From Eutreptiella sp. 'Long Island Sound 2002' (taxonomy: Eukaryota > Protista > Euglenida), in the NCBI GenBank assembly GCA_964036045.1, contig OZ038379.1:23560001-23624000 (forward strand): a stretch of 64,000 nt of DNA, written 5' to 3'. Of the stretch, positions 58,451 to 64,000 are shown in pieces (the first letter of the stretch is position 1; each line of letters begins with the position of its first letter). Under the pieces are notes generated by a model, which was not told the origin of the DNA, ran no database searches, and worked only from the letters and a program-made list of their open reading frames with translations. Both the position numbers and the translations under genes were made by a program.

Positions 58451-61400
58451 CGAAACACTCGAAGCAAGCGGACTTTACAAGGCTGAGTGGTTTGTTCATA
58501 GGGACAGTGGAGTACCAAGTTGAAGGCAGTTTCGTTGTTCTCATGTGGGCTTTGCTGCTTCGCTGTGCAACCAGTCAGGTGACAGGTATTCTTGGGTGAG
58601 TATCCCGGCCTCTGCGTGGGCAGTATGCATGCAGTGCACCCATTTTGATACCCCTGGGCCATGTTTGAAGAGACGCAGAAACATTCTGAGCCACCTGTGC
58701 AGAAGTGTTGCTCTTTGAGGCTTTGGGAGGTTTGGTTATGGCACCGCAATCTTCCGCAATTTTTCGCAATATGCCCCCCCTCCCCCCCCGATCCTGTCAA
58801 CCAATTCCTGAGTTCTATGTGCCAAGAACTGGCTGACAGGCCTCGACCAGCCGAGGCCAGCTTCCTTCAATCACTGTGAATGGATCATGTGATGGCACCA
58901 TGTTCAAGTCAGGTCAGATATGTCCGGCTGCCGGAGTGTGGACGGAGCCTTTGGACTCCTGGGCTTTGTTCACACAGCCGTCCACCAAGAGCTTCAGGAC
59001 CGCGTCGAGTGTCCGAACGAGACCTCCACACCCGCTCCATGTCTTCCTGTGTTCCGTTGCGTGTTGCAGGGGCGGAAGGTGGTGTTGTAAAGGGTCATCC
59101 CGCATGGTAGGCCAAGACTAGGGCACCAACCATCGTCGTTGAGCGGGCAGCTACAGGCAGCACATGATGCACTTGCCTGCACTATTCAAACGCCGTATGC
59201 AAATCATTCAGAGGCACATGATCGTGGCACTTTGGACATGTGTGCGCATGTGTATGGCCCCGCTGACACGCAGCTGCGAGTCTGATATGGTCTGGTTGGG
59301 TGTCATGTCTGGCGGCGAGGTGGCGGTCCGCAGTATCGCTGGTGTCCCCCAATGCAGGTGAAGTCTTGGACGGAGTCATGCCTGATATCCCACGCAGCGA
59401 AAGGGACTCCATTATCGCTTCGGTCGTGGGTTCCCCGCAGTTCAACGCCAAGGGCCAAAGCATCAACTTCGACGCGCGCTCCAGCGCCTGCTTGGTGAAG
59501 TGTGCATCTTCCAACATCCTGGAAATTTGCCCGGTGAGGGGGGCGGTGGCACGGAGGCCCGGTGAAGGGGGCGGGTTGGGTTGGGGACATGGTCCAAATT
59601 GGGCCACGACGGAAAGTTTTTGGAAAAGGTTTTTCTGCGCCAAGCGCGCAACGGGGGATTGGGGCAGTCGGGATATGTACCTCCGTGCCCCCCCCCCCCC
59701 CCTCTCCCCCCAGCTCCTCACGGAGCAATTTTCTTCCCGCTCGGATTGCCTGTCGTGTGGGAGGTCGCTGTGGTTGCTCGTTGCTGAAAGTGCGACAAAT
59801 GTATCTGATCCCGATGCTTCTGCGTTTGTGGACTGGTCGGGGGCTGGGGAGTGCTCTTCGTGGGTGGGTACCGACACTTTCAGCTCGTGCCCCCCCCCCC
59901 CCCCCCTACCGCAAGCCTGTCCAGCCGCCTGTGGACCTCAACCCCCCATACAGTGACATGCAGGCTAGAGGTTTTGGCCGACAAAACACGGCCAGAAGAG
60001 GGTAACTAGGCAAACATCAGTGCAACCTGTACATACGCTGAAGTGCTCGTGGAACCATCGTATCAATGGAACTGCCGAACATTGCTGCATATGCATACCA
60101 GGACGTGCATGTGTGGAGCGCTTTGTTGACCTGCTTGCGCCCCCCCCCCCCTCACCCGCACTCTCTATTCACGTACCCCACTGTACTGCCCCGCGTGTAT
60201 ACCCTCCCCCGTGTGCCCCCGAGGCCTGTACTGCATAGGCACCCTTTACAGACCCAAGGCTGGACCCTCCCTGCGCACTGTATTGGTATTGGTCCACGGT
60301 GGCTGGCCTTAATCCCCGTCGGTATTGCTGGCCAAGACATATACCGTGCAGGTATAAACCTGGCGATCCTTGCAACGCTGGCGAGCGGAGTCGTCCAGGC
60401 AAGACGGCCAATTTATGCAAGAAAAAAGAAAAACGTGAGATACCCCCCCCTCTTTTTGGGTATACTTCATGAAATGTGCGATTATTGTGCAGATTCCGAA
60501 GGTACACAGCCCTCGTTTCCCAGCCCCGGACCACAGTGCCAAGCCACCCTCACCTTTCCTCAAAAGGCACAGTACAGTGCCTGAAAATGCTGCGCACGCA
60601 ACACTTGGTGGTCCGGAGTCCCCTGCCCCCGTGTTACATTTCCCACATCGGTGGTGGTTAGCACCCACCAGACTTGGTCTTGGGAAGGACGTCTTGTGAG
60701 GCATGCCCGGAGAGAAGGAGTGATCAGGTGGGTCGCAAACCCGGAGTGTAGATGCGGTGTAGGAGTGCAACCCGCACTGCGTGTGCACTGCGGGCACATT
60801 CTGTGACGGTAGGAAGTGGAGGAATTAGGCAGTGTCGCGACGTTCATGGCGATTTTCTTGTGGAAATTTTTGCGATTTCCGAAGCATTTTCCAACATTCT
60901 TCGATTCATCACAACCCCCCGATTGTCTCAGGCATCGTCTGCCCGCAGAATATGGTGTGACCAGGTGCTGTTGTGCGGACACTTTCTGTGAGGACGACGA
61001 GGGTGTCCTGCAGGGTCTTGTTCGATCATGGTCCTGAAGTCATGCGCTGGCTGTGAACCGCATGCCGGGCCACGGCCCTCCGCAGGAATAAAAAAACAGT
61101 GCAGCAGAAGCTGCTTGCAGACAGTCTCCGGATCCCCAGGCAAAGAGCCGAATCAAAACTTTCACGAGCGTTCAAACATATCGTTCGGTTGCCGGGGATT
61201 GTCACAATGGCTCCGCGAGTGCGCTGGTTGGTACGGGTGTCCGCACTGGTGTGGTTTTCAGCAGGAAATTGCCTGTGTTGTTCCTCCACTGCCCCCATGC
61301 CCATGGCACTTGTGGCCGACAGTCCCCCCGCCAACGTCCTCCAATGCCTTTCGTAACCGCTGCCAACACGCCACTCTGGGACCGAGCTCCTGTGGCCTTT

Positions 61401-63024
61401 TGGTTGGCATCTCATGTGCTCTCCTGGACACCAGGTATTTCATCAGTTCACTGCGCCACAAGGATCGGACCATCTCTGTCTCTGTCATGTACGGCGGTGT
61501 GAATTTCCAAGTATCCCAAGTAGTCGCCTACGAAGAACGGACCCTTATCAGGTGTGCATGGTATCCAGCGGGTTGCGCCCAGGAGCCCCTGTGGCACAAG
61601 GTCAACCGGCAGCCATTGAGGCGGAAGGTGAGTCTGGTATTCACGACTTCGCACATAGCAATCGCTTCGAGTTGCGACACAAAGGCCAGCAAATCGTTCT
61701 CTTTGGCTGAAGTTACTAGATCACAGAAGGACGCCATGTACTCAGGCAGAGCACATTGGGTCAGGCTTCCTTGAATACTGAAAGCGGGCCATCTTCGCTG
61801 CATTCACAACATTGCTTGCAAGATCAAAGGGACTTCTTCAGCCCTTGTGAGGATGTCAATGTGAGTAGAAAAGCAGAGATGAGTCAGGGAGACCCAGCAT
61901 TACAGAACCCACAACAACCACTCGCGCAAACATGTAGCTCCCCCCTCACCCGGGAAAAATTTGTGTAGAGCATGCCGGAGCCGGCATCGGCATGGGAGGG
62001 AAGGGGCAAAGGCAGCATTTGTGAGCAGTGGGACAACTGGCCCACTCTCACGCAGTAAAAATGATTTTTCGCCGGCTGTTAGGCAGCCCAGTGGGCTGCC
62101 CACCTATGGCAGTTTTTTGAATCCGCCCTCTTCACCCCCAACCCAATGGGTGGGCAACCAACCCACCTATCCATGAGTGGAGGATTCCCTCCTCAAAAGG
62201 TGAAGACGTACGTACAGTTGGAAGTACCAACCGGCATACTCATTCAGCCTTCATGCCCCCCCCCCCCCCCGTCGATGTTCAGTGAAGTGGTAGTTTAGCT
62301 GGTACATCTGTGTTCCATTTTCCCTGAAACGCGTCACCAGCCCCAAAATCCTGCACTGGATAGTGCATTGCACTCCCTGATGATATCTCAATTTGAAGCA
62401 CATTTTGGGTGCCCACTCTGCGCCTACTCCGCGGCCCTTGTGCGTCCCACGTGTCCTCTGTACGCCCTCTCCGCCTGCACCATGTGCCCTGAATGCGCGC
62501 CCCGCCACTGCAGGCACCAACCGTACGATTGCAATTGTCACGTGACAGTCATGCAGCAACGGTCATGTGACATCTGCCTGCACAAGGAGCAGAAGGAGGT
62601 ATGATGTCTGACGCTGCATGAGGGTAAAAGGATCCAGGAATTGTGGGATGACGAGTTAAAGGGATGGTGGGGTCAGGAATTGAAGAGCCCACACAGTACG
62701 CCAATACAAGAAAGGCAGAAACAAATGTCAGAGAGGGGCAGACTGGAATGGCACGTACTCTGGATGGTCTGCTCACGACCAGCTGCTGAAGTAACACAAT
62801 GGTTTTAAGCACCAGACCGTAACATAGGACAGCAAACACACAACTGAAATACCGCTTTGGAGGGTGTCTCTGATGCTTGAGCACCGCAGGATATTAAACA
62901 TAAGTACTACTCACGGTCGCAACGAAGCTATTGCTCAGTGATGTTCAGCGGGGGGGATGTAGCTTTTTTTAGGATCTAATCAAAGAATGTCGGGTTCTTG
63001 AATTCTCCACTAAAAAAGTATCAA

Positions 63025-63097
63025 GCCGCTCCAGCTCAGTAGGCAGAGCACAAGGCCCCAAACCTTGTGGTCGCGAGCTCGAGCCCCGTGGGCGGTA
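63025..63097 (+). tRNA. tRNA-like sequence (pseudo-tRNA or SINE head); Lys-like body, nominal anticodon CCA
   Basis: Cloverleaf by eye: GCCGCTC/GGGCGGT acceptor, GCTC/GAGC D-stem, CAAGG/CCTTG anticodon stem with loop CCCCAAA, TGGTC variable loop. The T-loop is CTCGAGC (T54 lost), position 33 is C, and the T-stem has a mismatch. Confidence 0.6.
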
Positions 63098-64000
63098 GCA
63101 TGTGAATGTTGCCAAGGATGGGAATGCGTGTTGGTGACAGCAGCAGTTGGGAAACCGATCCTGGGAGATTTGTTGTTTGGGCGTGGTTCATTTTCTTGAC
63201 CTTTTAGCTCAGATCAAGTGTTGTATCAGCTTATCAGCTGATTTTCTCATGTACCCGACACTGCCAGATCAGGGTCATGGGGTTACCCCTCGGCATGCTG
63301 AGTCTCATGACAGGAAGCGCCCTGCTACTGCACTACCAGCACGTATGCTTCACCCTCCGGGATCCTTTCGATGAAACTCCATTTCCAGTGCCACCAGCAC
63401 AAAACGCTTGCACGGTTGCCTGTGGGACATGTGCAGAGTGATGCAGAGATAGAGGACTTCAGCATACTATGATTTATGGACTGGATTGGTATTTCTTGGT
63501 TTTCCTTTCCCATTGCATCCGTGTCTCCTTGGACGATGACCACTCGCACTGGTGTCCGGGGGCAGTGATAAGCAATGGGCCTGACTCAAGACCGACAGTG
63601 CTTGGCATGGGTGACCAGGGATTGTGGGGAAAGAAATCTCCGAACTGGTGTGTGGTGGGTGGGCTGACCCTCAGGCACCAAAATCATCGCCTCTCCGTAC
63701 CAGGGGGTCCAGTGTGCATTGGCCTGGTCACTTCCCAGCTGCTGAGTCGAATCCATTGGAACCCTGTGGCCCACTGTACCTCATGGCCCAACGCTTGCCC
63801 TGCGTTCAGGAAAGAATTCCAGTGTTCAGACCCACGTACGTCAGCCAAGAACATTTCAAAGCCGTGTTCGATCGTGCAGTTCGAGCTGTGGCCCAAGAAG
63901 TGGCGTTGCTGCCCTCTAGAGCTGCTGGCAACATGATCGGGGACGTGTGACATGGGCTTACGCTACACGGCTGCGCCTATCTGGTCTGGTGCAGCCACAG

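Noticed and set aside
63469-63990. Possible decayed IS630/Tc1-mariner transposase
   Set aside because: Only vague resemblance after invoking frameshifts; no clear DDE spacing; truncated by the window end.

Overview
Repeat-rich eukaryotic (protist-like) nuclear DNA with canonical GT-AG introns, long G/C homopolymers and many decayed elements. The repeat style recalls euglenids, but that is an unverified impression. The first 25 kb is a nest of DNA transposons. Element A (2617-9331, 6.7 kb) has perfect 36-bp TIRs and an intact RAG1/Transib-like DDE transposase. Upstream of the transposase on the same strand it carries a spliced cargo gene: a PhyH-like 2OG-Fe(II) dioxygenase, a Cys/His finger and a coiled coil, then an in-frame UGA-CUAG stop followed by a TET/JBP-like dioxygenase domain. 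Palindromic CGCGATAAC arrays sit subterminally and inside the element's introns. Element A is inserted in an intron of a second RAG1-like transposase gene (element B), and the end of another A copy lies at 1-470. A 9,130-bp apparently exact tandem duplication (7083-25345) starts inside one of these arrays and duplicates an MBOAT wax-synthase-like gene. The rest of the window holds a spliced ResIII-type SF2 helicase gene, F-box/TPR and BTB-like pseudogenes, a LINE RT remnant, small TIR elements, a dead relative of the element A transposase and a tRNA-like sequence.
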